DNA of 64,000 nt, from contig NW_026250431.1 of NCBI RefSeq assembly GCF_024521635.1, positions 62,001 to 126,000 on the forward strand. The letters are read 5' to 3'. The notes under the pieces are model-generated. The model had not been told where the DNA came from. It saw nothing but the letters and a program-made list of their open reading frames with translations, and did no database searches. Below, piece by piece: positions 1-13,376 of the stretch (within the stretch, counting starts at the first letter, position 1; each line of letters begins with the position of its first letter). A program made the translations under genes and the position numbers. Source of the DNA: Tricharina praecox. Its lineage: Eukaryota.

Positions 1-269
1 GGAGTAAGGCGAAAGGTGGAGAGATCGAACTTTAACCCGCAAAATGCAAGGCCGCCAAAAATATACTACGTATTCTTCAAATCGTAGGGACTGCAAGAGT
101 CGCCCTGATCTGTGACGATTCGTCCAGTGGCCTGCGGAAATGTTTCGAATCGCGATGAGTTTTTGCATTACTGCGTCCCGCTGTCCCAGTGGTGTGGCTT
201 ACGGTGGAGATGACGGGAAAGACGCTTCGTGGAACCAGACATCAGCTGCCTAGTGATGATTACGATTTC

Positions 270-1000
270 TATGTGGTGAGAGTTGCGTCCGGGCGGATCG
301 TGATTTTCGTTTTGCGGGGATGATAACTACGCCGTAGACTCTATTTAAAGTTCTACAGTGTCAAAAAGCATGTTGGTATCTTTCCCGTGACGTACATTTC
401 TGTGAAGGCTCCGCGTGGATCATATTTTTGGATTTTCCGGCGATAATGACATGCACACTCTATTTAGATTTCAAGACTGTCAAAAGCTTGTTCGTACGGT
501 GGAAATATGCCGAAACGTAAGTGGCTGTGGAGATCGGTGGCGCAGAAGACTCGACTTCCTCATACACTCAATGCTTCGGGGGATCTGGAAGAATCTATAG
601 TTTGTGCTTATCGTTTGTAAGGGGTAAGATGTAAAGTCGAGACCCCGAATGGTGATAGTTGACATGCCACGAGCAACGCAGTCAGAAGGATGCTGAGTAT
701 GTGTTGTCACCAGGACCTCAAGCCTTTGCACGCCTCCAAATGTGTCTTCCATTGGCCGTAGAACTTTGCTTGCATCGTTAGAACCATTTAAGTTTCTGCG
801 TAGGATCGTGGCGCTCGCGGTATGTTGCGGGGACTTTGTCACATTCTCTGCTAATTATGCCTTCGATATGGTTAAGGTGGACTCCGCGCGAACGGTATTT
901 TTGAACGTTCCGGAATAATGATACCAATACTCCATATAAACTTCAACAGAGCTAAAAAAGATCTATCTGGCTTCAACTATGTCGAAAAGCTTGTTCATAC
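270..1000. repeat. Degenerate ~120-bp repeat upstream of the small-gene pair (copies ~273-380, ~399-497, ~868-1000, plus ~2437-2537)
   Basis: Each copy ends in a variant of CTSTATYT..N..GTCAAAA(A)GCTTGTTC(G)TAC and has GATRAT(G)A upstream. Confidence 0.55.
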
Positions 1001-1170
1001 CAGTACCGTAACTTAACCATGACCGTAATCCAATGGCACGAATGCATGATATAAACTCCCCCCCTCCTTTCCCCCGCTCTTCTCAGTTGCCCATCTCGAC
1101 CGCATCGATCACTCATATCCCTCATCCTTTCCTCTCCAAACGGCAGAGTTGAGACCCCCCAACGCTGACA

Positions 1171-1792
1171 ATGATGGACCCACAGAGCCTTTATATCTCC
1201 CAGGTAACGCTAGCCAGGATCGATGGGCTCCACCTCCAGCTTACGAACGACCCAGTCCTACTGCATGAACACCTTGGACGCCTTCCCGGACTTGTCCTTC
1301 GGTACATCGATCTGTTGGAGCGGGCAGGTACCTGTTAAACCCTTCCCACCGTAGTGGTTCTATTGCGCCGAGCCCTTCTCTGACACCAGGATACTAGTCA
1401 CCACGAAGACCGCATTCGAACGTGGCTTTATCGATTGCGCCTACAACAAACTCAAGCAGGCATTGACGGAAATTCCCTGGGCCCTCGGTATGTGCATTGT
1501 GGCATAACCCATCTACCCTAGCTCCCTCTCCCGAGATATTGCTAATCACCGTTCCCAAGGTCCACAGCAACCGGCCGGAATATGTGGACCGTCTTCCGTC
1601 GATACCTCTTGGTGGTCCATTTTACGGACCGTATGTGCAACCTCTGTCCTCTATCTTTCGTGGTCTTCATGGCTCTCTAGCGCTAACTACTACTATCCAG
1701 AGGTGTTGAGTTTCTTCGAAGACAGAAAGAAGAAGGAACGATCGGTGACGCGGTTCACTGAGGATGGAGTGAGCTACGTGGCGGCGGAGTAG
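1171..1792 (+). CDS. Small 4-exon hypothetical protein, paralog 1 (133 aa; exons 1171-1327, 1398-1487, 1568-1630, 1701-1792)
   Basis: GT-AG introns with CTGAC/CTAAT/CTAAC branch sites. Spliced frame is open (MMDPQSLYISQ...VTTKTAFERGFIDCAY...ATGRNMWTVFRRYLLVVHFTD-QVLSFFEDRKKKER...). Exon 1-3 lengths are identical to the paralog at 2729. Confidence 0.75.
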
Positions 1793-2728
1793 AGAGCGGA
1801 CGCAGCATGTATGGTGGAAGATTGATTATTTATGTGCGGTTATCATGTACTTAGAGAATGTTACTGTATTAATCTCACTCTTTCTCTCCCGTTTTCGCTT
1901 AGTGGGCGCTGTGTCAAAGGAGTTGGCAGCACGGCGAGGAACAGACGGATATGGGAAGTAGACGGCATAGGAGACACCTGTACCGGCAGATCTTACACTA
2001 TGTGCCTCTCCGTTGGTCGCTGCTCAATCGCGTATCATATCGGATGCAAAAATTTCATCGGCCAAAGTATTCCGGATAGCCGGCACCGTACATGTCGTAG
2101 CCAGCCGGCTCTGCACTAAACATTTCCGGGCCCCACGGGGTCTAACTCGGGTCCCGGGGTTTTTGGACCTGGGACGGAGCCCGATTCGTCCGGCCAAATC
2201 GTCGCTCCAGACGGGACCGCTCCGCCGGCCCCAATAGTCTTCCGTCCGGACAGACTATGCCCAGGCCTGCTTGCCATGCGCCCAGACACTCCTTCGAATG
2301 GCCGGAGGATTGTGCTTGTATAGCCAAAACCATTCGGTTTTCTATGTAGTACCATTGCGGTTCGCGGTCGAGATGGCGGAAAGTCGCTTGATGTATCGTG
2401 ACATCTGCTGCCATTAAGATTTCCGTGTGGTTAGAGTCAGTGAGTCTCGCCCGCGCGGGTCGTATTGTTAGATTGCCGAGGATAATGATAAGTAGACTGT
2501 ATTTGGACTTCATTAGTGTCAAAAAGGTTGTTCGTACCTGTGCAGTAACTGAACCATGACCGTAATCCAAGGGCACGATTGGATCATATAAGAACCCCCC
2601 CTTTCCCCCGCTTTTCTCAGTTCCCCATTCCGACCGCATCTCTAAATTCCCCATTCCAACAGCATCAATCACTCACGCTCATCTTTTTCTCTCCAACCTT
2701 CCAGTTTCAGACCCCCAAAGCTCACACA

Positions 2729-3310
2729 ATGATGGACCCACAGAACCTGTATATCGCGGAGGGAACGCGCGCCGAGATCGAGGCGCTCCGCCGGAAGATT
2801 GCTAAAGACCTAGTCCTACTATTTACCGTCCTCGAACGCCTCCCCAAGCTTGTCCTAAGCTACATCCGTGTGTTGGACCGCAGGGGTACGTGTTGCAGCC
2901 TACCCAGTGTTTCTATTGCGCCGCGTCCATCACTGACATAACGATACTAGTTAACGCGAGGACCGATTCCGAACGTGACTTCATCGATTACGTATACACG
3001 CAACTGAAGCAGGGCTTAATCGACATTCCCAGGGCCCTTGGTATGTGGCATAACCCACCTACGCTCTAGCCCAAGCTCCCCTCTCGAGATGTTGCTTATC
3101 ACGTTCTCGAAGTTGACAGAAACCGGCGCGAACTGGTGGAGCGTCTTCGTCCATTACTTCATCATGGTGTATTTCACGGACGGTATGTGCAACCTCCGTC
3201 TCACTTTCGTGATCTTCATGTTGCTCTAGCGTTGACTACTAGCCTATCCAGAGGTTTTGCATTTTTTTGAGCAAAGAAAGAAGAAGGAAGGTTCCGTGAG
3301 TAACAAATAG
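2729..3310 (+). CDS. Small 4-exon hypothetical protein, paralog 2 (122 aa; exons 2729-2885, 2951-3040, 3120-3182, 3252-3310)
   Basis: Same intron positions and phases as 1171-1792 (157/90/63-nt exons). Synonymous differences in the last exon (GTG/GTT, TTC/TTT, GAA/GAG, TCG/TCC). Confidence 0.75.
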
Positions 3311-4547
3311 CAGTTCCCACCCTGAGAGCGGAGAAAGTAATCTCCCCTCCCCCTCTTTCCCTCTCCCTGATATCCACGCCGTGACGCTGTAAACACTTCG
3401 AGTAGATGTAGGTAGCTCTCGCAGTATAGCTCCAGTAGCACTCTATAGGTTCAAATACGCACCCATCAAACAGACTAGCAGCAAAGCAGGCTGAACAAAG
3501 CAGAAAACGTCGCCCCCTCGCGCAGCGGCCAGGGAGACGATTTTTTTAGGAAGAAAACCCGAAGGTAAAAAACCTCACCACGTAACCTGTGGCCATGGAA
3601 TTTCAAGGGGTTCACTCACCTCTGCACCTGACTCGGCTCGAGGCCCGCCCCCGTCCCATCACGTCCTAACGGTCCACCCCACGCGTCCACAAATCGCATC
3701 GACCATGGTTCAGCCTTCCCTACCCACCGCCGCAGCCTCTCCCCTTCCTCAACCTTGCCTTTCTCCTTCATCTCGACTGCCAACTGAGTGACTTGATCTC
3801 CGATCATGGGTTGTCTCGGCGAGTTAGGGGTAATACCCCTCGCACCTGGCTTTGGCCAGGTACGTTCATCAAATCTACCACCAGCGTCACTTGATCTCCG
3901 ATCATTGGCAGAGTCTGCCTTAACCATCAGCCTGCACGCAAGGAAGAATAAAACAGCGAACGAACAACTGGAAAGCACTTACATATGAACTCGCCAGCCG
4001 CGCCGGCACGTGTGCCAATTGGGACGCTTGTTGAGGTTGTGGTGCAGGGATGAAAACCTGACTGTAGTTCCTCCGGTTCTTGTTCGCAGGGCAAGTATGG
4101 CCCGGGGTGGGCTGCTTCAGTGGCCGACATACTATCTCTTCTCGTGTAGCCGCTTCCGGGGTTCCATAATGTCCCCGCAGGGACGACCAGCATTCAGGTC
4201 TTGGGGGGAATCTGGTGTGCCAGCATCATCGTCCCCGGAGTTCCATATTGTCACCGCAGGGACGACCAGCATTCTGGTCTTACGGATTTTAAGCTCATTG
4301 TCACCAAGCTGAATCATCCCAGCGGCGATTGCCTGGCGGAGCGCAACAACCACGGCACGAGTCATGTGGGCCAGGGGGCATTGCGTATCCATTATGTAAT
4401 TTCTAGCCGCCCTTTGTAAAACAAATTCAAGAACTCATCGTAAACCTGTTGCTCAAGCTATTCGTCGTCGTGCTGAGTGCCATCCTGGTAACCCTGTGAG
4501 TCGGGGATGTCCCAGTGGCCTGGTCGGTGTTTTCCCAGGCCAATTGA

Positions 4548-4860
4548 TGGCCGCCCGGGAAACCAGAAAGACATTGCCTGCAATGTCGTTCCCGGCCCCT
4601 ATTCGGTATTCACATTAGCTGTGGGATACTTGTGTATTATCGCATGGTTAAGAGAACACTTACCCGGGTCTATCCAGCGTGACGTAACCGGATTTGCAAG
4701 TGGGACATGTTGTCTCAAATGCTTTGGCGTCCGACGAATCGGGCGCCTCTTATTGGAAGCCCGGGGGACCAGAACCATATTGCCTGTAATGTCTTGCCCG
4801 GCCCTATTCGATATTCGCGTTAGCCCAGGGACATTTGGGAATTATCGCATGGTTGAGGAC
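4548..4860. repeat. Diverged ~100-bp direct repeat (4550-4650 and 4758-4858); a second 35-bp duplication lies at ~4160-4196 and ~4240-4275
   Basis: gcccggg..accaga..attgcctg.aatgtc..cccggccc.tattcg.tattc...attatcgcatggtt occurs twice. Confidence 0.7.
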
Positions 4861-7800
4861 ACGTATCAAAGTCCGCTTACTAGGTCTGTCACGACGGTTG
4901 CGATGGGGGCATGATGCCAATTTTGTTTGGCATGCCCCGCATCCAAGGTATGATGCGTTCCACAGTATTATTCCGGGGGAAAGTGTGACAACTAGAGTTG
5001 CTCGTGGAGGTTGTAAGAAAACGTTGTGGAAGGGGAGAAGGGAGAGAGTTGGGGATTGACGTGAGAAGGGAAGTGTTTGGTGGAGGTTTTTGTAGGGAAG
5101 AAGTGTGGAGAGGAGGAAAAGAGGAAGCGAGGGGGTTTTGTGAGAGCAGTGACTGTGTGTGTGCGATGGGCGAGGCGTGGGTCACTTTACAAATGAGTGG
5201 GTCGTGACTGCGATTTCAGCGAATGGCTAGCACACTTGACAGTACGATTATGCATGACGCCCGCAGCTCGTAAAAGTTGGAGGGCACAGCGAAATTGGGT
5301 GGTTCGCCTGGAAACTAGCCAGCTTGACTGTGGTTGCGACAAATTGGTACAAGTGCAAATGGTTGAACTTTCATAGCAAGGTTGTTACGATTCTCGTTCT
5401 TGTTGAAATTCCAGCCTCGTCACTAGTTCAGGATATTGCACATGTATCATACATATTCGTCATATGCGCCTCGAAGAATCCTGTTTATTCTCATACTTGC
5501 TTCAGCTTCTGTGTGGTATGTCTAGCTGGTCATCCACTGTCCTTTTTTGTGTGAATGAATCAAGCAATTGAACACACACTCATATCCTCAACAAAGGTTA
5601 TTGATTGTCTCATGTTTGTCTGATGCATGCTTCACCGATATCACTCGTTTGCTGGCTTCCTTGTCACGCGTTTGTTTCACTGTTTTTTTCATGTGTTTGT
5701 TTCTTCTTGCAGCCGACCTATGGATTGCTCATTTCTCATGTTCTAACTGTTGCTCTCTCTTCTGTACGATTAAGGATCTGCTGTCTTGGTACCTATAAAC
5801 GCGCATGATACTGCCCAACCAGCTAGACGTCATCTTAGATATCATCTTCGGTCGAATACCATCTTGCAAATCTACTACCAAAACATCACTATGGTGACGG
5901 TTTATCAGCTGCGTGATCGTGTGTGATTTTGCGGCAGATGCGGGTATCGCACGCGTGGCACGGCTGGCGAACCGCGGCGCGGCTGGCGAACCGTGGCGCC
6001 AACGGAACGCCACAGTGACGTATGGTACCTGTGAAGGGACAACTGGCAAACCTACTCATGCCGCAAGTGAGCTTTTTGCCATGGAATGCATGCGGATTAT
6101 GTTCACGTTCACAAGAATTGGAAATCGCATGGGAATGAAAATGGATATAATTGTTAAAAAGAAAAGTAATAAATCGCTTTACACTTTTCATCCGGGTGCT
6201 AATTTAGCACAGGACGGAAACACGAAAATGAAATACATCAGAAATGACAGCTGTTGCAAAAGCTCACCCTCAACCACCAATATATTTCCATCATCGCTTT
6301 GGGTACCAACCCCTATGAAAGCTGTACTATCTGCACTCCGGAATCGTCGCCGTCACTGTTTACGATGGCCGACCATAATATCTTCATGGTTGCCTTGACG
6401 CGGTCGTCGTTTTCGTTCTTCGTGAGGACGAACGGCAACTTTCCCGCGCGGTCGCGGGTACGTTTGGCGATCCGGTATATTGTGTCCCTGCTAGCCGAGA
6501 GGTCCGGCCGATGAAAACCCATGGCCTTTTTCGGTAGGCAAGACCACACCGGCCATAAGTCTTTGGAACCATTATCATCGTCGCAGTAGTCAGGGTGCTG
6601 CGATGGCGGAGCTTTGCGGCGAAGGGGAGATTCGCAAGATTTTATTCGACTCCCGTATTCGGCCCAATACATGGGATCGCCTGCGCTGGCGTGATTGCGG
6701 TTCTCTGCCGTCTTCGGCGCTGCTGACATGTTCTGGCAAAGGCGGCCTGCGAGGTGTCAGATGGCAATGAAAGGGAAGACAGCGATAATGGCGTACTTAC
6801 AGCCATTTCGGTGTCGGTAATCGTGCATAGCCCGTAGTCTGTCATTGGACAGCGTAATGTATGCTTTCTGGATCTGATGGTGGTCAGTCAGGGGAATGCG
6901 GGGCATCGGTGATGTAATATTGATCTCACCATCTCCTCGCTCGCGATCCGCTGGTCTTCCTCCTCAGCAAGTACCCTCTCGTGAGCTCGCTTTATCTGGT
7001 GTATTTCGGCGGAGTGTGGGATAGCGAGTATCCGGTAATAGCAAATAATCGCCATCGTTGAACTCAGATTGTGAAGGTCGATTGATGGGGTTCTGAGATA
7101 GGTGGGGTGTGTAGAATGGAGGATGAAGGATGGAGGATGAGGGAGGCGGCAAACAGACGATTGTTAAATATCGTCTTCTCTTGGATGTAAGGCCAAACAT
7201 CGACTCCCCGGAACCAGTATGATCAAAGGTAAAATGTTAAAGGTGCTGAGAAAAAATTATCAAGAAGACTCAACACCGACCGCTTACCTCTGAGATATGA
7301 GACTGCGGCTAGACCTCCGACCCGCCACACCCATGGCAATCGTCAATGATTCCACACCGCTGCGATAGAGTTCTTTATTGACACTGTGTCATTGATCTCC
7401 TCCCAATTAGGAGCTCCGTGTAGTTCGAGAACAGGCTTCCTAAACTCTACCGTCGGACCCCCATCACGCGGACACGTTAGTTTCCGCTCGACTCAGCCCT
7501 ACATCGCTGGAAGTATGTGGAAGTGTCGAACCTCGTGCAAGAATGCTCTCCCGGCGCCGAATTGATATGCCTCCGTGGGCTCTATAGTTTCGTCTCAATA
7601 TGTCAGTCTCCACCAGATACACAGTTCACTTCGTTCGGAATATTGAGGAGCGGCCCTACCTGTTTTGAACATGACAACTGTCTTGCCGGTATGTGAATGA
7701 CGTGCAGAGAAGCGGAGAATGAAGAGCAATACAGGTTACATCATGCTGACTTCTGCCGTTGCCTCGGACACTGTATCAGGCTAGCGCGCTCGCTTCCCCC

Positions 7801-9824
7801 ACACATGGAGCCATGTTCGTTAAGGTTCGGACGCTATGACAACTAGAGAAAGCGGCAAACGACTCCGCAACAAAACAGAACACCCGAGCCACAGCTCTAC
7901 GACAACAATTCCCGCGACGACCCTCTCGCATTGCAGGTTCATCAAGACGATGAACCCGTTTCTTATTCCTATTCAGTAAGCCAATATTGTGAACTTCCTT
8001 CTTGTTGCCTGAAACCGATCACCTTCGGCCTCGAAACCGGTGGAAGAAAAGGATCGTTCCGATGCTGACCACCATAATAGCTTCATTTCGCAGGACGGTT
8101 GGGACTTCCAGAGCCTAAACTTACCTACGAATAAACTTCAGACAAGCTTTTACGGCGAGATGGCTGGTGCGATATCGACGAGCTGTGGACAGATGGCGAC
8201 ATCAGCTGTCCGAGAGACTCACGTCTAGTTCAAGAGACCTACCGCTCTAGGCGTGAACGAGAACTGGTCATCATGTCGGATAAGACACGGCAACTGAAGA
8301 AAGCCGCGGTGTAGGCGGGGGTCAACAGCAGGTGGCTGGAGGAGCGGGCACCTGGGCCCATATCAGGCATTACGGGTGTATTCAACACTGATTTTGCTTT
8401 GGTATGTAGGGTGGATGAAGTAAAGCCAGGCTCATACCCGGCGATTGCGGTAATTCGGGCGGCATTCTGGTATTACCGACCCACATCTGTACGCGTTTCT
8501 GCAGTCGAGTACCTCTGCCGGACTGACAACCGCCTTTCGATCGTATCGCCGCTGACTGTCAGAATCGCCTCATGAAGGGACACTGTCCGCCCACCTGTTC
8601 CCTCCAACCGCACCACGGACTGAGCTTTCGAGTGGATAGAGTTTCTCTCTAGATGTTGTTTAAAGATGTTATGCTTGTCGTGAGGGTTTTAATGATGATT
8701 TAAGTTACACTTTCCACCCACATGTGAAAATGCGGACGATACTTGCTCCCCCCTTCACCGAACGTCCCACACCTCATATCCGACCCAGTGATACACTCAA
8801 TACGGATCTACGTGCCATCAACCATAAACAGGTATGCCTAACTCAAACCAAAGTCTTGTCTCTGCTGACCACCTTATGCTCTTAGGCCTGAATCAACTGA
8901 GCCTGCACGACAACAGCCGCGTCCAGGCCTACAGAGAGATGGACCAGAAGTTTGGAACCTGCTATATTCCTTTCAACCGATAGCCAACATAACCGCCGGT
9001 GCCGTCCACGTTCCATTGGGTTCTGTGGGATTTGTTCCTGTCCACACCCCCTTTTGACCCGGCAAACTTTGCTGGTGGCCCGACATAGACGGTCGCGAAA
9101 GCCCGTCAGCTGGCCCATGACTCACCGGGACTATGTGATGACTATTCGGAGCTCGAAAACGGAAGAACCCTCCAGGAAATTCAAGGTTCTCCGCGAATCC
9201 ACGCTGTCACCTCCGGCTAGCTACCGAAGCATCACCTTCTCAGTTCAAATGAGCTCCTGAGATCTCTGTCGCGTTCGAAGACACCCTCCCGGTCTTTCAG
9301 CTTTAATTTGAGATTCATGAAGATGGAACCATTCTTCAGGAGACCGGCTGTGGTTCGGGGTGGCGCGGCGGAGGTGCTATTGCGTAGCTAGACACGAGTG
9401 GAGGGAGCTGTTTTGCGAAGGCGTGCGAGTTACGCGACTACATTCCGTGACTTTCCTTACTATTATCTTGATGTATTTCTAATCGTTCTTTTCTGTGGGA
9501 ACTCATGACTATCCATATTAAAGCGCAAAATCGAGGCATGATTTACAGCCGCAATCCGTCAGAAATTAGACAAAAGAATATCAATTAAAAGCAACCCAAC
9601 ATTTCCGAATTCCAAGTGCATAACAGAACACGGCCAGACAATCAAACGAAACCGACAAAGAAAGGACCAGTACAAGTACAGTGTAAACAGCCGTCTCCGA
9701 ACCCCAACGCATTTTCATTTCCCACCTCCGAATCACCTAAAGCAACCCCCGCCCCTCAGAGTCGAACAGAATTTCGACAGCAGCACGAACAGGTAGGCGC
9801 CGCGGATAAACGTGTCGTGGGTAT

Positions 9825-10394
9825 TTAAGGATCAGGGCCCCAGTAGAACTGACCACCGTATCCACGTGCCTCGCCGACGCGGTAGAACATATCATAACCC
9901 GCGGGGTTCGCGTATCCGGGCGGTGGCGGCGGCACCGGCGGCACGACCATCGGGTGAACGAGTGGGCGATGAGGAGCCTGAGGAGGTGCAGCCCAGGTGG
10001 GTACGGGCTGGTAATAGGGAGCTCGAGGAGGCGGAGGAGGCGGCGGAGCAGCCCGTGCCCAGGCGGGCGGAGCTGGCGGATTGACAGCCTATTCACCGTT
10101 AGCTACGCGTCCTTGTGTTTCCAGAAGATTGTTAGAGATCAAACTGGGGAGGGTACGTACAGGAACGATGAAGTTGTTAATGTAATTCTCGCGGGCGTGT
10201 ATGTACTCGTTCCCGCGGTGGATTGCGTTGCGCCGGGCGTGTTCCGCGTGCGCGCCGAGGATTGCGGTCGGATGGTTACCGTTCGCGAGGACGTAGTGCC
10301 CGTTGACCACCATCGCAGTTTCGCTGCCGTCGGAAAACTGTATGTAGATAAGATCATCAGGGTAGGAGCCCGGAAAGCCTGGGTTTTGATTCAT
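9825..10394 (-). CDS. Two-exon hypothetical protein (165 aa) with Pro/Tyr/Gly-rich C-terminus; exons 10161-10394 and 9825-10088
   Basis: Phase-0 intron GTACGT...GCTAAC...AATAG joins MNQNPGFPGSYPDD...NNFIVP to AVNPPAPPAWARAAPPPPPPPRAPYYQPVP...GYGGQFYWGPDP*. Confidence 0.7.
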
Positions 10395-11518
10395 CGCTAG
10401 TGATGGGCTGTGTAGATGCTCTTTAGATGATTTTGTGAGGAGGATTGGCGGTTCTGAAGGGTGGGCTGGGATTTAGGTTTCTGTAAAGTTGTGGGATGAT
10501 TGCGAAGCCTGATGTTTTCGGAGGGAGTGATAGGATAGAGAGAACGGTAAGACGGGAGCTTTCGCGGCCCTTTTATAAAAAACTCCGTAGCCTCGTAGAA
10601 AGGATCGCGGCGATCCGTCCTTTGAAGGAACTGAATTCGCGCCCTTTTGAAAGGGCCCGGCGGATCCTCAGAGGGTTCCTCGGTATCACTGTTTGTAGCC
10701 ACCATGGGATCAGTACAATTCATGACCGAAGAATTCGAAAAATAGGTTACTAGTGACGATCATTGGCCCGTACCTGGTGAGGTTGACGTTCGGTTTCAGG
10801 CACAGCATTCAAACATCCGAGATTCTCGATGGAACTGTTACAAGACAAAGTCGAAGATGTTGGTGTATTTGGAAACGAGTTGCACTGATGTTTGTTTGTC
10901 ATCAGTACGAAACGTAGGCATACAGAGTCAGTAGTAGAGGTAGATGACTGAGGTCGAAAGGAGGATTTCACACCGGTAGACGGACGACTACTTCTCGGGT
11001 TCAGCCAGCAGTTGTAATATGGTCGCAAGGTTGCGGAAGAAACACTTATTGGTGGAGATTGTCCATGAGAGGAGCAGAGAGAAATCGATGATTGCAGTGC
11101 GATGGTGGAGGACGATGAGTTATATAGGGCCAGGACGGGTCATATGAGAGGGGTTATTGCGGAGACGGTGGAAAAGAAAGATCTGGAAGGGTGGAGAAGA
11201 AAGATGTAGGAAAATCTAAGAAAGAGCCGTTGAGTGAGCTTCTAACTAGAAATGGAGCATTCCAGTCGGACCCTTGTTGCGGATGTCCATCGCCGACCAA
11301 ATAGAGTGTTCCGCCTCCAATCTTCCGGGGGTCTAAAATCTGGGCCGTCCAAGGCGGGCCTAAAACATGACTGGTCTGTCCAGATGGGATACCTACTTGA
11401 TACCTCGTGGCGAAGCCATGAGGACTGATACGACTATATACCGTGGCCGCCATGTTTCCCTTAGGAAAGAAATTTCACCTATCTAGAAAGGAACTCTCCA
11501 CCGGCAGTTCACATACAA

Positions 11519-12528
11519 TGTTCTAGCCTGCCGGGCAAAATGATTTCTTTATAAACTGACCCGCCCGGGGGGCAAATGACTGGATATGCGATCTGACCGG
11601 ACTGCCGAGTAAGAAAATATTCTCGACAGACCGGTCTGTGCAGATACTTTTTAACCCGATCGACCGGCCTGCTGGGTGATTTTGGTCGCCTGGCCAGTCC
11701 ACCAGGAGTATTTTACGAGTAGACCAGCCTGCCGGACAAGATTTATGTACATATCCGTGGGCATCACATTTACGGCGATGGATTGAAGTATATCAGCAGT
11801 CAATAATGTTCTATCGAGTCACCGCACAAATTTTTACATAGACCTCATGTGAATCTACACATTATCGTCCCCTCAGCGGTGCACCCTAACCGTGCATCCT
11901 TTTTCTCGTACTAAACACCCGTCCAATGTCTTCCTTAGTTGTTTCCCCTCCAGGCTCCAGCTTCCCCCTGACTACAACCAACGCAACAGATGACCTTCGT
12001 TATGTTGCCAGTAGGACGAGCCCTTTTCAGGATGAATGCTGTTTGGGCACCTGGGAGGAGACTGCGGCGGCTTGCTGTGGGTGCTGGTAAAACAGCGGCG
12101 TTTCGTAAACTTTTCTCGGTTCTGTCGATCAGTGCTTGAAAGTTCGGCAGAGACATCTGTAGCTTCTGCAATCGCAGTGATGACGGTTACACGTAAAGGC
12201 ATGATGCGTGAAGATGTGAAGCCGAATATAAAATGTGTCAAGCCTGATATATGTCTATTCTTGGTGGCAAGATGAACAGCTCTTTCATAGTAGCGAGAAA
12301 AAGATATTCTCTAATGGATCCACAGAACGTTTTAGCTACCGAGTAGCGCCGGGAACTTGCGGGCAGACTGGCCCTCTCACAAATGTGCGGGCAGACCGGT
12401 CGGCTTGCAAAACTTTTCCCCACTGTCTAGTCACTTCGCATATCCAGTCACTCCGTCTGGGGGCCGGTCACATGGTCTGGTGGCCGGTCCATTGATAAAA
12501 TACTAGTTTTGCCCGGCAGGCTAGAACA
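11519..12528. mobile_element. Non-autonomous TIR DNA transposon (~1 kb), probably hAT-related
   Basis: Perfect 22-bp inverted repeat TGTTCTAGCCTGCCGGGCAAAA (11519-11540 and 12507-12528) with subterminal GACCGG/CTGCCGG motifs. Ends resemble the CAGTGTTCTA ends of the MITE at 24602. No TSD found. Confidence 0.75.
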
Positions 12529-13376
12529 CATCCGTGGAGACGACTCAATGTATCTACGTCTCGAGAACCTGCTCAGTCTGGGTTGCATATCAATGGTGAC
12601 CCCACGGGTGCCCTATAATTCCCTTAAAACCTCACCGCTGAACTAGCCATTTCTACCCCGGAAGTCCTATTCACGGTGATTATGCAAACAGAGGCGAATC
12701 GGCCGCCCTGAGGTGAACGCCCATCTTACTTCGCCAAAGAGAGCAGTAAGGTAGACGACAGCAACCACCCCTGCCGATTCCAGCCTACGTAGCAAGAAGT
12801 GAAAATGATGATCCGACAGCTGAGTGACTCCAGCACAAGCAGTCACTACATAGCCTACAAGCTCGGTCTTTGAACGAAAGCTGAGGTATGAATATCCATG
12901 AAAAGCGCATGGGGCAGGGATAACCATGTAAAGGCAACTGGATGACCTTCTTGTATGCATCATAGAACGGTATCATTTGATACGTCCGTCTGCCAAGATC
13001 TGGTTTCAAATTACGAATGGCATAAGTTACAGTAACAAGAACCATGATGGTTTGATCGAGTGATCTCCCTCAAAGAGAAGTGTAGACGGACATGTGGCCA
13101 CAGACCACTTGACGAATTGAGCGGTGGGCATTCTTGCGAGGCAGCTATGACCAATTCGCGATGGGTGCGCGGTAGCTCTCTTCCGCATTCAGAACAATGC
13201 TGATGCTCTCCCAGTCTGATCCACAATCCCATACTTCATCAAGCTCTATGGTCCTTTGAATCCGAACCAGTCAGCAGTCTCCTTTCCGCTCCCTCCTCTC
13301 TAAGCAGTTGGCATCGCCCACACGGCCCTTCAAACCCTTCCCCCTTCGTTACCAAACTTCACCACCTCCACCCGCA

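Noticed and set aside
5300..9400. Many short ORFs, including 6313-6729
   Set aside because: No family motif recognised and frames are interrupted; probably decayed genes or TEs that need BLASTX
12660..13250. Cys/His-rich minus-strand fragments (CSEC, CNLC, CRLC)
   Set aside because: Frameshifted and stop-ridden; could be a TE zinc-finger relic but cannot be assigned
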